Shown one piece after another: positions 35,715 through 47,428 of a DNA stretch of 64,000 bases (position 1 is its first letter; each line of letters starts with the position of its first letter). The position numbers and the translations under genes are program-made. The notes below the pieces were generated by a model, which was given only the letters and a program-made list of their open reading frames with translations, made no database searches and was not told the origin of the DNA. Origin of the DNA: Takakia lepidozioides (taxonomy: Eukaryota > Plantae > Bryophyta); assembly GCA_030704615.1 (NCBI GenBank), contig CM060733.1, positions 72,106,001 to 72,170,000 of the forward strand, read 5' to 3'.

Positions 35715-36325
35715 TTTTTTCTTGTGCTTGGCAAGACTTTGCTTTGGTTAAGGTAGTAGTGTTGTGGTGCTGGCGGAGTCCTCCCCGCATGGTTAGGCTT
35801 GTGGAGAGATGGCGACTCTCCCCCAAACAGTAAAAAAAGTTATTTTCCGATTTAATTTGATTCCCTGCTTTCTTTGGCATTCTATGCGCTTAGATTGAAG
35901 TGTATTTGACCTCGATAGCAAGTATGGAAGCCTGCTACTCACCTCGTGCATCCTCACTAACTCACGGTTGTTTTTGGGACAGGCAAAGGTGAGGGCTTCC
36001 ACTTAATATTCTAATGTGTAGGTGCTACTGGATGCCAAGTGGGATTGCAGAGCAGGGGAAGGAATCGCTTGCCAGGGACTCATCTTAAAATGCTGAAAAA
36101 CTAAACTACTCTATGGTTTTTCTTGATTCTATCTCTTTCCTTCCTTGATTTTTCAAAAACGAGTGTAATGCTTTCTACGATGGGCTATTTTGGCCTAGCC
36201 AGTGGAAAACCTTTGTTATGTGGTGACAGCCTGGTTTATGATGGCTTGTGTGAGAGACACACATCTGTTTTCTAGGCCCTAGTTTGCTTTCCTTACCTTA
36301 TGGTAGTTGGAAACAAATTGAGAGG

Positions 36326-36346
36326 TTTAGGGTTTAGGGTTTAGGG
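36326..36346 (+). repeat. Interstitial plant telomeric repeat (TTTAGGG)3
   Basis: Read directly from the sequence. Confidence 0.9.
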
Positions 36347-36919
36347 TTGCAAGGAACTGTTTGCTACAGCTACTCGGGTACCTATGTTGGTATAAGGCCC
36401 TTATTATATTCCAACCCAGATGGCTTTGTGAGCTAGATGCTTAAGCCAGGGTATGGTGAAGTTGCTGCCTGCGGCTATTCGGCTGACACTGAAATATGGC
36501 AGTAATATAAATGGTAACTGGTTTTTGATGCAGCCAGGATGGTCAAGTGGAAATACCCCCTGGACATGGTGTAATGACATGGTCAAATGTGGAATTGCAA
36601 ACAGTAAATTTGTATGATTATTTGACCTGCACCACATCAAGGCCAAAATATGGCCAAGTACCCGCCATCCCACCGAGACCTCTGAATGTGTATCATGATC
36701 ATGACTGGTGGTTAATCAACATCAGTGGCATACTCTTTGGGTTATGAATAATACTGACATGAACACAGTACTGTGCATGGATGTAATTCTGGATTTTCTA
36801 AGCTTGGTGATTGATGGATGGTGCCACTGTTAAGTGGCTGATATGTCTGATTATTCTTTCATGACAACGACCCTAGGGGTCTTGTCTTTGTCTTGACATG
36901 ACAAAAAGTATCTTCCCTC

Positions 36920-36976
36920 TCTTCTGCCCCCTCTCTCTTTTTTTTTTTTTTTTTTTTTTTTTGGGGAGTGACAGAA

Positions 36977-37032
<56 letters not shown>

Positions 37033-37225
37033 CAGAGACGGAGACAGGGAGGGAGAGAGAGAGAGAGAGAAGAGGAGGAAAAAGAAAAAGAAGGTGGGGG
37101 GGAGTGACTGAGCAGGGACTGACTGCCCCCTCTCTCTACCTCTCTTCTGCCCCCTCTGTCCCTCTTTTTTTTTTTTTTTTTTTTGTGGGGAGTGACAAAA
37201 GAGAGAGAGAGAGAGAGGGAGGGAG
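36920..37225. repeat. Compound poly-T/(AG)n low-complexity block, internally duplicated; partial similarity to 33335-33385
   Basis: Two units of ttctgccccctct…(T)n…ggggagtgacaRaa…(AG)n; aaggtgggggg…gtgactgagcag is shared with about 33345. Confidence 0.85.
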
Positions 37226-37458
37226 ATATGCAAATCCCCTAGGGATTACTGACCCTTGTGTGTTTTTAGGTATGTTCCCCCCTCTTTGCTTTCAACTTCT
37301 TCTTATTTTGTTAACAGATGTGTCTTAGAGTAGGTCAAGAGGTTAGAGAGGGTCAGTAAGCATGGAAGGTCTCCCGTTCCTGCTGCACACCATGAATCTG
37401 AAAAGTCTACTGATTTGACTCATGAATTGGTTTGTCTGTTCCAGTCAAGGCTAAGCGT

Positions 37459-37544
37459 CGAATGAAGTCAACATCAAACAAGAAGAAGCATATGGACACA
37501 CCGAATGAAGTCAACATCAAACAAGAAGAAGCATATGGACACAC
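37459..37544. repeat. 43-bp perfect tandem duplication
   Basis: cgaatgaagtcaacatcaaacaagaagaagcatatggacacac, two copies. Confidence 0.95.
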
Positions 37545-38339
37545 CAAGCTGCTTCTAATTTTATGGATGACGCTCTTGGGGAACCGGTGTGAGAGTCAAG
37601 GACGAAGATAAATAGTTCCTGTCGAGGGGCTCTTGCAGTGGAGATTACCTGTTTGTATGAATTGGCTTCTATAGAGACTATATTCAAGATAATTTTGCGT
37701 TGAAGACTATGGTTTTGGGTCCTATGGGCTGATGATGGTTGATTAATTCCATAGCGAGGGACCTCAATATGTTTGGACAAATTTGGTTTGGTGATGTTCT
37801 AATAAACTGCTTTGGACATTTTGAGATACATCTCGACGGGAGGTCTTCCTATCTTACTATCTTCTAATTATGCGTGTTTCATATTAATGGATGTGTTACG
37901 ACGGGAGATCTCCCTTGCCTCAGTGGAGATGTCGAACTTGGGACAGCAGACATAATTCTCCTGTACTTATGGAGTGACAATGTTTGGCATCTTTTTGTAG
38001 GCTAATAATATTAAAAAACTGTAGCAACTGTGAAGGACAGGAGGTCTCCCTTGCTAGGCTACCCGTGAAACTGTAGAAAACTAGGAATTCAACTCAGATT
38101 AGGGATGTGATCAGGGTATGGGTTCTCTGGGAAGAGCAATATTTACTTAACATTTACAATAAACTTAATAAAATCATTTAAATTTGTTTTCATAGTGAAT
38201 TTCTAATCAATTTAAATGAATTAATATACATATATATATATATATATACTATTCTTGGACTTTGGAAAGTCTAGATTTACTTAAAATCGAGTTCTTCCCA
38301 AATACCTTCCAACAGTGACATGGCTTCAGCAAGGTATAT

Positions 38340-40560
38340 ACTTCAGCAAGGCACATGCTTGTCGGTGGCTGCTGCAAAAGTCCCAGGCAATGACTGAACA
38401 AGGCCCTGCAGATCTGGCATGCGGCTCTCCAACACCTCCCTTTGGTGATAACTATGTCTGACGCACAGTCATTCTCCTGAAATCAGGACAAACAGAAGCC
38501 AACTTATCAACCCTCCATTATAACCCGCATGTTGAAAAGATTATGAGAAACAGTATTAAGACATTCTCGTTCAACAAGCATGGTGAAAGAATATATAAAC
38601 TGACATCTTGGAGTGACAAATGACGAAGGTATACTTTAGGATTGGCAGCAGCCTGCAAAGCCAGCAGCTGCACGGTGGCGGCATGGTATTCCATTAGTGT
38701 TGTGAAGGACTCCTCTGGAAGAGCCCCCTGTAACAAATCCATGCAAAATGGGAATACCACTCATGACCAGCAATAATAGATTGCCACAATTGTAAGGTGC
38801 AAAAGGGTTCAGTATATCAGTGGGGAAAATAGGCTATTACAGCATGAGGACATCTACCTTCCTGGAAGTCATAGAGACTTATAACCCCCTACCAATCAAG
38901 CACCAAACACCTTATGTAAGACATTTCAAAAAGCAAAGAGCAGTGTTCCACCTTTAATCGAGTAATTGCTGCTGCTATTGCCCTCCCTGGAGCTTGCAAA
39001 GCCCTGTTGTGCACCTATACCATCGTCCACCATTGACCAAAATACCCTTAGACACAATAACTGGAGTTCCAAAATCTATTTAGGTCACTAAGCTGAATCT
39101 CAAAATCTCACAAAGGGCACCAATGGCGAGACAGAAGAAATTTATACCTCAACAGGAGGCCAAGATAGAGTCGAAGACTATTAAAATATAAGGAGTGAAA
39201 TCAAGTGTCCTTCCGGGATAATGGGATTCCAACCCACAAGGCAGACTCAAGGTAGCCTCAGTACAGAACAAAAGATATTATACCAGTTTTGGTGTGGTCA
39301 GGATGCTGCTCATTTCGGCAGCAGAAATAACAGAAGGACACCCATATAAGCCAACATCCTAAAGAAAAGAAAGGATATGGCTCAAAAAACTACTAATCTA
39401 AAATTGAAGGACATCATTATTTTTCCACAAGCTACAGAATCAATCTGATCTGTTTGTTTGCAGGTGTCTCTTAGTATTTGGCAGACAATATAGAACAACA
39501 AGAAAGTAGGTCCAAATACACCACACATCAGCCAAAGACAAAGTGCCTAATGCAGGCAAGCTTCCAGATACTTTCAAGTCCTCAAGGCTCAAGCCCTCTG
39601 CCAAAGATAAAGTCTCTGAAGAGAAACAGTAGAAGAAAAACTAAAGTAGTAGGTCAAAGGCACTCTTGAGGCAGGGAGACAGAGATACTTGTACCCTGCG
39701 GCTGCCATATACATGCAAGCTTCAGCCTAAAGGGTCCTATATTAACCCTGCTGGAGCAAATATTATTCCTGTGATAGAGAGATAGATTGGATACGTATGC
39801 CTGACTTGCCTGGACGAAGATGAGAGCCACTACTTTGGGCAGCAACGCCACAGGGTCAGTCGCTTCTGCAACTTGTGATGTCAAGCCCTATGGCATAATG
39901 AGAACCAGCACCACATCATGAGTGAAGATGACATGAGGACATAGTTTGTGAAATGTAGAATACCCAACTTATCAGTACCCACCTCCATCTCCAGAATACT
40001 GTCCAAGAGTGAGATAAAGACTTGAATGTATAATGCAGCATGCTGACGATAATTATTCTTTGCTCTCCGACAATCTATTCAACCCCCAACACCTAATATG
40101 GTTCAAAAAAGTGAGAAATGGACGCGTAAACTTAAAGATCTCATTTGTCAATTTTTGCAACATGAGAGACCATGCTCAACAGCTTGTTGGTTGAACCTTA
40201 CCTTGCCATAACAATGTAGAAGAATCCTTTTTGCCTTCTTATCCAGGCTTCTTCAGCCACAGACCGCTAGATAGAGAACCTCAACACACATCAGCCACTT
40301 ATAAAAGTTTATTACACAGACAAGCCTATGATGCTTAGCTGGTCTTTTAGGATACTATTAGTTGTGCTTGCAAGGAGCATAGTGAGGCCATATTCTCAAG
40401 TGATACGTACCTCTCATTCACAACCGTTTCCAATGCCATTTCAAAAGCATCAACACTTCTGCACAGCATATGAAGCACATACGAAGCACAAACCAAGATA
40501 TCAAGTACCGGATACAGCAAGTACTTGGCCAACATCAGTTGTTGTAAAGTTGAGCCCTCC
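38340..40560 (-). pseudogene. UFL1: 3' fragment of E3 UFM1-protein ligase 1, introns retained, frameshifted
   Basis: Exon pieces SVDAFEMALETVVNE; GLWLKK/LDKKAKRILLHCYGK (frameshift); GLTSQVAEATDPVALLPKVVALIFVQ (39887-39810); VHNRALQAPGRAIAAAITRLK; GALPEESFTTLMEYHAATVQLLAL; ENDCASDIVITK/EVLESRMPDLQGLV (frameshift). 5' part of the gene not seen. Confidence 0.85.
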
Positions 40561-41807
40561 AACTGATTCAACTGATTTTGTTAATTTCTTAGCTCAACCA
40601 AAGTGAGCTATCCAAAGCTGAAATGGACAATCGACAGGAAGTAAAGTACTAAGTGACTCACGATTTCAAGCGTCCAAGCTCCTTGAGCTCTGTGCGGGCT
40701 GCTGCGGGCTGCTTCGGCCTCTTCCATCAATCGTATGACCTCTTCCCATGCTTTCTTTTCCTTTTGCCTGCAGGCTTCATGTTCATCCACACAACTTTCT
40801 TCTTTGATCAAATCGGACATGTGATTGACTAATTTGCCACCAAGAAAACCTAATTTTGCGACCAGCCCCTCTACAACATAAACTATACCATGACGTTGGG
40901 CAGAAAAGAATCACTCTATTCATATCAGCATATCCCCATTCCTCTACCGCAATCCCTATTCCTCTGGAACCTTTCAGCCATAACGTCAATGAGAGCTCGT
41001 CAGAGTATAACACTTGTGAATTGAGAGTCTTCCTCCGTATCCCTGGCGAACAATACAAAGTGTCGACGGGCTGGAATCAAAACAGATAACGCAACTTGGC
41101 CATCGCCAGCAGTTTACAAAGCTCGAAGTTTTGGAGCCTTGGTGAGCCACTAGTAGAAGCTCACGACACATTTGTACATACATACGTTAAGGATTTTGGC
41201 TGTGTATTACGCCATTTAATAGACTAATAATATTCACTAAATTCCCCTGTCCACGATAGACTCGGTCATAATGCGCTGTTTCGATGTCCTTTTCCAATGA
41301 CAGTATGACACGTGGCTCATAAACGTACTAGAAAGGTCTCGCAGGAGCGCCTAACGCTGTGTGCGCCGCGTGTCTCGCCGTACCGGGCTCGCCGCGCGTC
41401 TTACACAGCGCCTAACGCTGCGCTCGACCACATAAACGCATACTTACGCATACGCTCCCGCTCGCTCGCGTATGCTTATTCTGTACTAGATAATGGCCAC
41501 GTGGCGGACCCGGCGAGCGGCGGGGCCGCGATCAGGGTCAACCGGTGGCCATTATCGAACGTAATTGGAATGGGGGAGTATTACTGGGGTTACAAACCCG
41601 AGATGTCGCTATCAGAGCTACGATAGCCAAAAATAACTTGCCACGTGGTGCAATGTGGCAAACTCTCTTGACAAGTGAAAGGCCGAACCCTGCAAAACGT
41701 TGGGTGGCAGCTGTAATACGACCCCATGTCCAATTACGTATAATTCAACGGATGCAAGTAGAACACGTGAATGGAAGGAAACTTACGGATCCAGAGTCCA
41801 CATGTAT

Positions 41808-41909
41808 AGGGTAATGCCCTGAGTGGAGGGCATTCCCGGCTTTAAGGCCTACCGCCCTCGGCCTCAGGCCCTTAAATCCGGGAATGCCCTCCACTCAGGG
41901 CATTACCCT
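41808..41909. repeat. 102-bp foldback element with perfect 32-bp arms (MITE-like)
   Basis: agggtaatgccctgagtggagggcattcccgg (41808-41839) is the exact reverse complement of 41878-41909. Confidence 0.9.
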
Positions 41910-42199
41910 GCATAAAGAAATGCCAAAAAATTATTAAAAAAACAATCTAATGGCCAGTGCATTTTGCATTTCGGAATGCACGGTAAGTGAATGGCGTTTT
42001 CTGAATTCCATACCGGGCATCGGCCGAAATTTGTTCCCAGTGAGTTCCCAGGACATCCAGTCCCATGCCCAAGCCTTTGCTTGGTCATGGGTATAAAGAA
42101 CTGCCCAGAATTTTCCTATACGATTCAAGGTCCCTCCCTAACAGGAATATGCCTCAAAATATTCCCGCTCAAATTGGAGGAACATTAGTGCGTCTCCTT

Positions 42200-42417
42200 T
42201 GTGCCTTTGGCCCACTATGAAGAGTTGAAATCTAAGACCAAGTGCAATTTCCTATGTATCCCACTGCGTCTCCTATGTCAAGGCCCAAGTGCGACCTCTA
42301 GGGTAGCATGTGCCTTTGGCCCATGTATGAAGAGTTGAAATCTAAGACCAAGTGCAATTTCCTATGTATCCCAATGCGTCTCCTATGTCGAGGCCCAACT
42401 GCGACCTCTAGGGTACC
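42200..42417. repeat. About 109-bp tandem duplication
   Basis: tgtgcctttggccca…tgaagagttgaaatctaagaccaagtgc…gcgacctctagggta, two copies. Confidence 0.9.
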
Positions 42418-42773
42418 CTCTGCCGTTGGCCCAAGAGTCCAATGTCATGTAAGTCCAAATGCATTTTTTTTTCCACAGAGCCTACGACCAAATTTGAACC
42501 AGAGTCCTTTCCCTTGATATCTCTTCAAGGCTCCAACCATTGTCCCAAGATAGCCCCACATTGCTATTTTTCGGGAATTTTCAGCGACCCAATCTTGCAC
42601 CACCAGAGCTGCTCAAGAGAGCATACGATTCCATCCAACGGCCACCCAATCTCACAGTTGAGGGCATTTTGGACCAAGGGAGACAACCACAAAGGGTGTG
42701 ACATGATGTTTGATGCTATGAATCCATGGGGTGACTGTCCCCCCTTTGCAGAACGGTTGGCCATCCAGGAGCA

Positions 42774-43050
42774 ATGATTTTTGGACCTACGTTGTGGAAG
42801 ATGTGGACTTTCAACCAAAGGAAACAACTCGAAGTGGGACAAGTTCTTCGGACTAATGATATTCATATCTGTGCTGGGCAGAAACATGGGAAACGTCGGA
42901 TAAACTGGTTGGAGATGTGAATGGTTATAAATGGGCAGGTAAGATGTGTACTTTCAAGGCAGCCTCTGCCAAACGCAGTCAAAAAGGGGCTGGATTCTTT
43001 GTCCGTGATTTCTTGTTTGACAATTGTGAAATTATCAACTATACATCGTC
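42774..43050 (+). mobile_element. LINE ORF2 N-terminal AP-endonuclease fragment
   Basis: NQRKQLEVGQVLRTNDIHICAGQ/ETWE…VNGYKWAGK…KGAGFFVRD with one frameshift; abuts the truncated end of the methyltransferase retroelement. Confidence 0.65.
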
Positions 43051-43469
43051 TCTCTCCTCCGGTGACTATAGGTCCAACATCAGGCTCCCAGTTGTCCTCT
43101 GTGACTGCAACCTTGAGTCCAGCAGGCTTAGAGGTAGAAGACGCGTTCCGTGGTTGCTATGCTGCAACCTCTTGAGCAGTGACCACCGCCTCTTTTGTCA
43201 GTGACAATGTCTCATCCTGCCCCATCATCCCATCCTTGAGGACCTCCTCAACCCGAGAAAAATCCCCAACCTCATCCATCACCGCCGCCTTGGCTGCCAA
43301 CTCCTTCTGAACCTTGAGCACCTCCCACGTGTGCCATGGATGCGGCCTGCACCTCGTGGTCCTCACCTATTCGCCCCCACTCGCTGCCTGTACCGTCTCG
43401 GTAAGCAGGGAGACCATCAAGGGAAGTGTACTCCGTACTCGGCGCTGCTCAGCCATAGTCAAGCTGATA

Positions 43470-44415
43470 ATCCAGGTCAAGCAATTGAGATCCATTGCTT
43501 GCCCCAACACCTGACGACGTGATGCCTCAGAAAGAGATGGCTCCGCCGTGGTACCAGTGGTAAAACCCATCGCCCGCTCGCGCTCGTCAGCATTGGGCTC
43601 CACTAATTGCTGCAATTGGCTATCCCACAAGAGGCTAGGTCCACCATCCCGAAAAGCATGAGATCCTGGAAAGCTGAGCAGTGTAGGCAATGCGGCTTGT
43701 GGGTGACCCACCTTATTGACCACTGCCAAAGGTGATCGGTCATCGTGTCTCACATGCTGAGACTGCCTCCTTATGTCCAAAATGCTATCCACCGTCAGGT
43801 GTGGTGGCCGCTGCACCCCATCAAATGCACGCTTGAGCAGTGCAGGTGGCATCAAGTTGGTCCACCATAGTCGTGGGCGATGAGCCCGTAACCCCACTGC
43901 AGCTGCGTCCAGCAACACTGCTAACCCAAGCCCAGACCGCACTTGATGCACACTGGCCATCACCTTGGCTCGAGAATCACCCATCAATGGCACATTCTCC
44001 AAGATATATGCCGGAGAGTCTGTATGCTGAAGCTGTAAATAGCGTAGGACCCTCAACATCTCCCAAAACAGGCGTGACCTTGAGTCTTGTAACCCATTGC
44101 CATGCCCGGCTGATGAATGCCCTTGGCAGGGCCAACCTACCACTACCAAGTGAATAGGGTCAACCCGCTCCAAATCATACGCCCCCAGCAAAGAGATGTC
44201 TGCTGGCAATGCTTGTTGGTATCCACGAACTGTAGACACTAGCAACAAAGCAGGGTACTGCTACACCAACTGAGCAACATAGCGCAGTGAGACGCGTCAT
44301 GTAGTCTCATCCCTTTCCACATACAGGTAACGTCAAACTCGTACACCTGCCTGCAGCACTACAGCCAATCCACTGTTGATTCCGCCAAACAAGTCCAGAA
44401 GGCATATGCCTTCAT
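43470..44415 (-). pseudogene. C5-cytosine DNA methyltransferase domain within the retroelement polyprotein
   Basis: Motif I LLDLFGGINSG; II YVERD; III ADI; IV GWPCQGHS (catalytic Cys at about 44127); VI ILENVP; VIII AHRPRLWW; IX ERERAMGF; X RRQVLGQAM. Three in-frame stops (TGA, TGA, TAG). Confidence 0.93.
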
Positions 44416-47400
44416 CCGGGCACTGCCACACAAGAAGTGTGGTGTCCAATGGCGACAACTGAGATGGTCCTGGTGCAATCACCGCATTCTCCTCCTCTCC
44501 TGACGGTACGAAGGCTTCTACCCAGGCTTGTTGCACCCGTCTATCAGCAGCCTGCTGTAAATCCTTGCTCGTACCCCACAATGGAGTGTGAGCAACCATG
44601 GCAGACAACTCCGCCGTACCATGCATATCATCCTGCTCTGCTGGAGGTGGCACATCCTCTGCATGGGCATTGCCCTCCAGCAACTCTCCAGGCCAATTAA
44701 CTGCAGCTGTGAAGGCTGCTAGTGTTGGCATCTTGCCCCACTGGGCAGCAACAACATCCCCAATGAATGTCACAGGGAGCTGTACACGACGACCATTCCC
44801 TGACTGCCATCCAGGCCTGTAGGATGCTGACTCATCCCAAAAATCCAGGGTGAAGCCCATGGGATCTGCCCCACCAACGAGGACATCGTAAGAGACCGCA
44901 TCTGTCACAATGGCCTTGGCTCGCATCACTGAGCCATCTATAGGATGATCCGGCTGTAATCTAATGGCCAACTTACGCCGTGTCATGCCCCAAGCCTGCT
45001 CTGATCATCCCAGAGATGTCTGTATCTGGAAAGGACAAGGCTCCATATCCGCCTCCATGAAGCCCAAACATGCAATAGCAGCTCTGCCCAACATTAGTGG
45101 CTGAGCTCCCGAGTCCAACAAGACCCGCAGTGGCCGGTACCTCTTGCCTGCCGGTCCACTCAAAGAGAAAATGTCATCCTGGTTGTCTAACAAGACAACT
45201 CCAGGTGTCACCATGGCGCGCTCAAAGTCTGGCCTAGCTGGCAGCTCCGTCAACCTGGCAGTTGCAGCTTGCCATGGCGCAGCCGTGGAAGTCTTGACCC
45301 TCAAATCCGAGGATCCCTCTGCCACTACACCTTCCACTAACTCCGCAGAAAATGAAGTGACCTCCCCACTCTCGTAGAGTGTTGCTGCTAGTCTGAACAC
45401 TGCAGCTGGTCTTACCTCCGGCGTCGCAATCATGGTTGCCGAGAACAGTGGGGCTTGACACACAAAGGCGGCTGCCCCCAACAACACACTGGCTGCACTA
45501 GCCTTGGCAGCAGGTGTCAGTGCTGCACGTGTAGCTCTCCCCAATGGCACAATAACGGCCTCTGTATCTGTCGGGCGAGAACTAGGTGCCATGGATGTCG
45601 TCGACACTGTCTCCCCCAAGATGAATGATTGTGGCAACCTAGCCTGATGGCTTGCCTCCCCACGCTGTGGATCTAAGTCCACCTCTGCACCTCGTGGCTC
45701 AGGAACTCGTGTTGCTCCTCGAGTGACGGCTGCAGCAGACTCCACCTGCACTAGTGGTAGTGCTGTCCCACACATAAATCCCATGCCTCCCATGTCTCCT
45801 CCGTCAGGATGACGCTGCTGAGGAGGAACAGGAGGTGGACCCTCAGGTCTTGGAGCTGGTACCACCTGAGCTGTGGCCATGGCAGCAAGCCTTTGCTCTA
45901 GTTGCTGAAGCCGGTTGGTCATGCCTTGGTCAACGCCCTGACCTCCACGTCATTGGCCATACTGTGCTTGCCCTCGTCCTACACCTCGTGCTTGACCACC
46001 TCGTCCTCTCTGAGGTGCTCTACCTTGCCATCGGTTACCATTGTTCCCTTGGAACTGGCCTTGCCGCAACTCAGGGTGCAAGTCATAACACTGGGCATCT
46101 CCATGCCCATACTTGCCACAATGCCCACACTGCAACTGTGTAGGCTGTGCTTGTGCCGACCTTTTGCCACTCTCTGGACAATCTTTCTTGACATGAGGTC
46201 CTCCACATATCCAACATATCACCCCAAGTTGCTGTTGGCTTACAAAAGATGCTACTAGCCTCTGCACCTGAGGTTCCCTGTAAGCTCCATGGAATTTGGG
46301 TTGGGAAACCTTGCCCCCCTGACCACGCTGTTGGGCAGTCCCTTGTGCCTGTGGGCTGGCAGCTGCGCCTCGTGCAGGCATGTCCTTGCCAAATCCAATG
46401 GTAACAACTCGCTCCTCCACCATGTTGAGCTCAATCCGCTCAGCCAACAGAAACACATCTACTAATGTGGGTTGGGCTGCTTGTAACAGGGTTGTATCCC
46501 GCACCCTTCTCCTGAGCTCTTTATCCAAAATTCCATACCAGAACTGGATTGCCTGAGCTTTAGTAACCCCTTGGGTCACACTTATCAAGCGCCTCATACG
46601 AGTGTAGGCCTCTCGCAAGCTCTCACTGGATTTGCATTGGAAGTCTTGCAAACTTCGCAGCTTCTCTGTCCGTACACCTTGGTAGTTCCTCCGCAACTTC
46701 TGGAAGAACTCCACCACCGGGCTGAATCTAGGCACATGTGTTGTAGTCGTGCAGGAGAAGTAGTAGCACCTTCTACAGAAGTACCGGCACTACTTGTTCC
46801 ACTACTTGTTTCACTACTAGTGCTGGCCGTGGGAGATATTGGTGTTGATGCCGCTACTGGTCGCGTTGTGCCTCGAGTAATGGCGACGTAGTCAGGAGAC
46901 CAATACATCCTCCACTCCTCAATCTCTGCTTCATGTCCTTGCCTGAACTCGTGGTAATCGTCCATAGGCGGGCCTTCCAAATGCTGGAACAATCCCTTCC
47001 ACGCCATGAATGGGGTGAACAGCTGTGGATTGCGCATCTGTTGCAAATCACACCAGCTGTCGAACTCCTGGATAAAGTCATCCAGCTCGATTGTGCCCAC
47101 AGCTCCAGAGTACATACGAGGCCCCTTAGTAGTTCCATACATCTCCTCCATGTCGTCCCACAATAATGGCGAAGAAAACTGCACACCTGTTGATGAAGCC
47201 TCCGGGTCTGTGTCAGACTCTACAGTAGTCGAGGGTGGAGGTGAAGGTGGTCTGAACCGAATACCTCGTCTTGTGAACCCACTCTCACTACTACTGCCTG
47301 TAGTTGTACTCCCCTCAACACCCTTGGGTAACTCCGTGATGACACTCACAACGTGCACCTCCCCTACGTGACACTATAAGGCTCCAGTACTAATTCTAAT

Positions 47401-47428
47401 AGTGACACGGGTGGGCACCTGTTGCAAT

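Noticed and set aside
36859-37328. ORFs with poly-K/F and RE/SL repeats
   Set aside because: Translation of microsatellites.
41309-41769. Four CACGTG G-boxes as a defined promoter
   Set aside because: No intact gene is adjacent and function cannot be supported from sequence alone.
43470-44415. Bacterial restriction-modification contamination
   Set aside because: In frame with retroelement gag and protease, decayed like the neighbouring TEs, no restriction endonuclease, and flanked by spliced plant genes.
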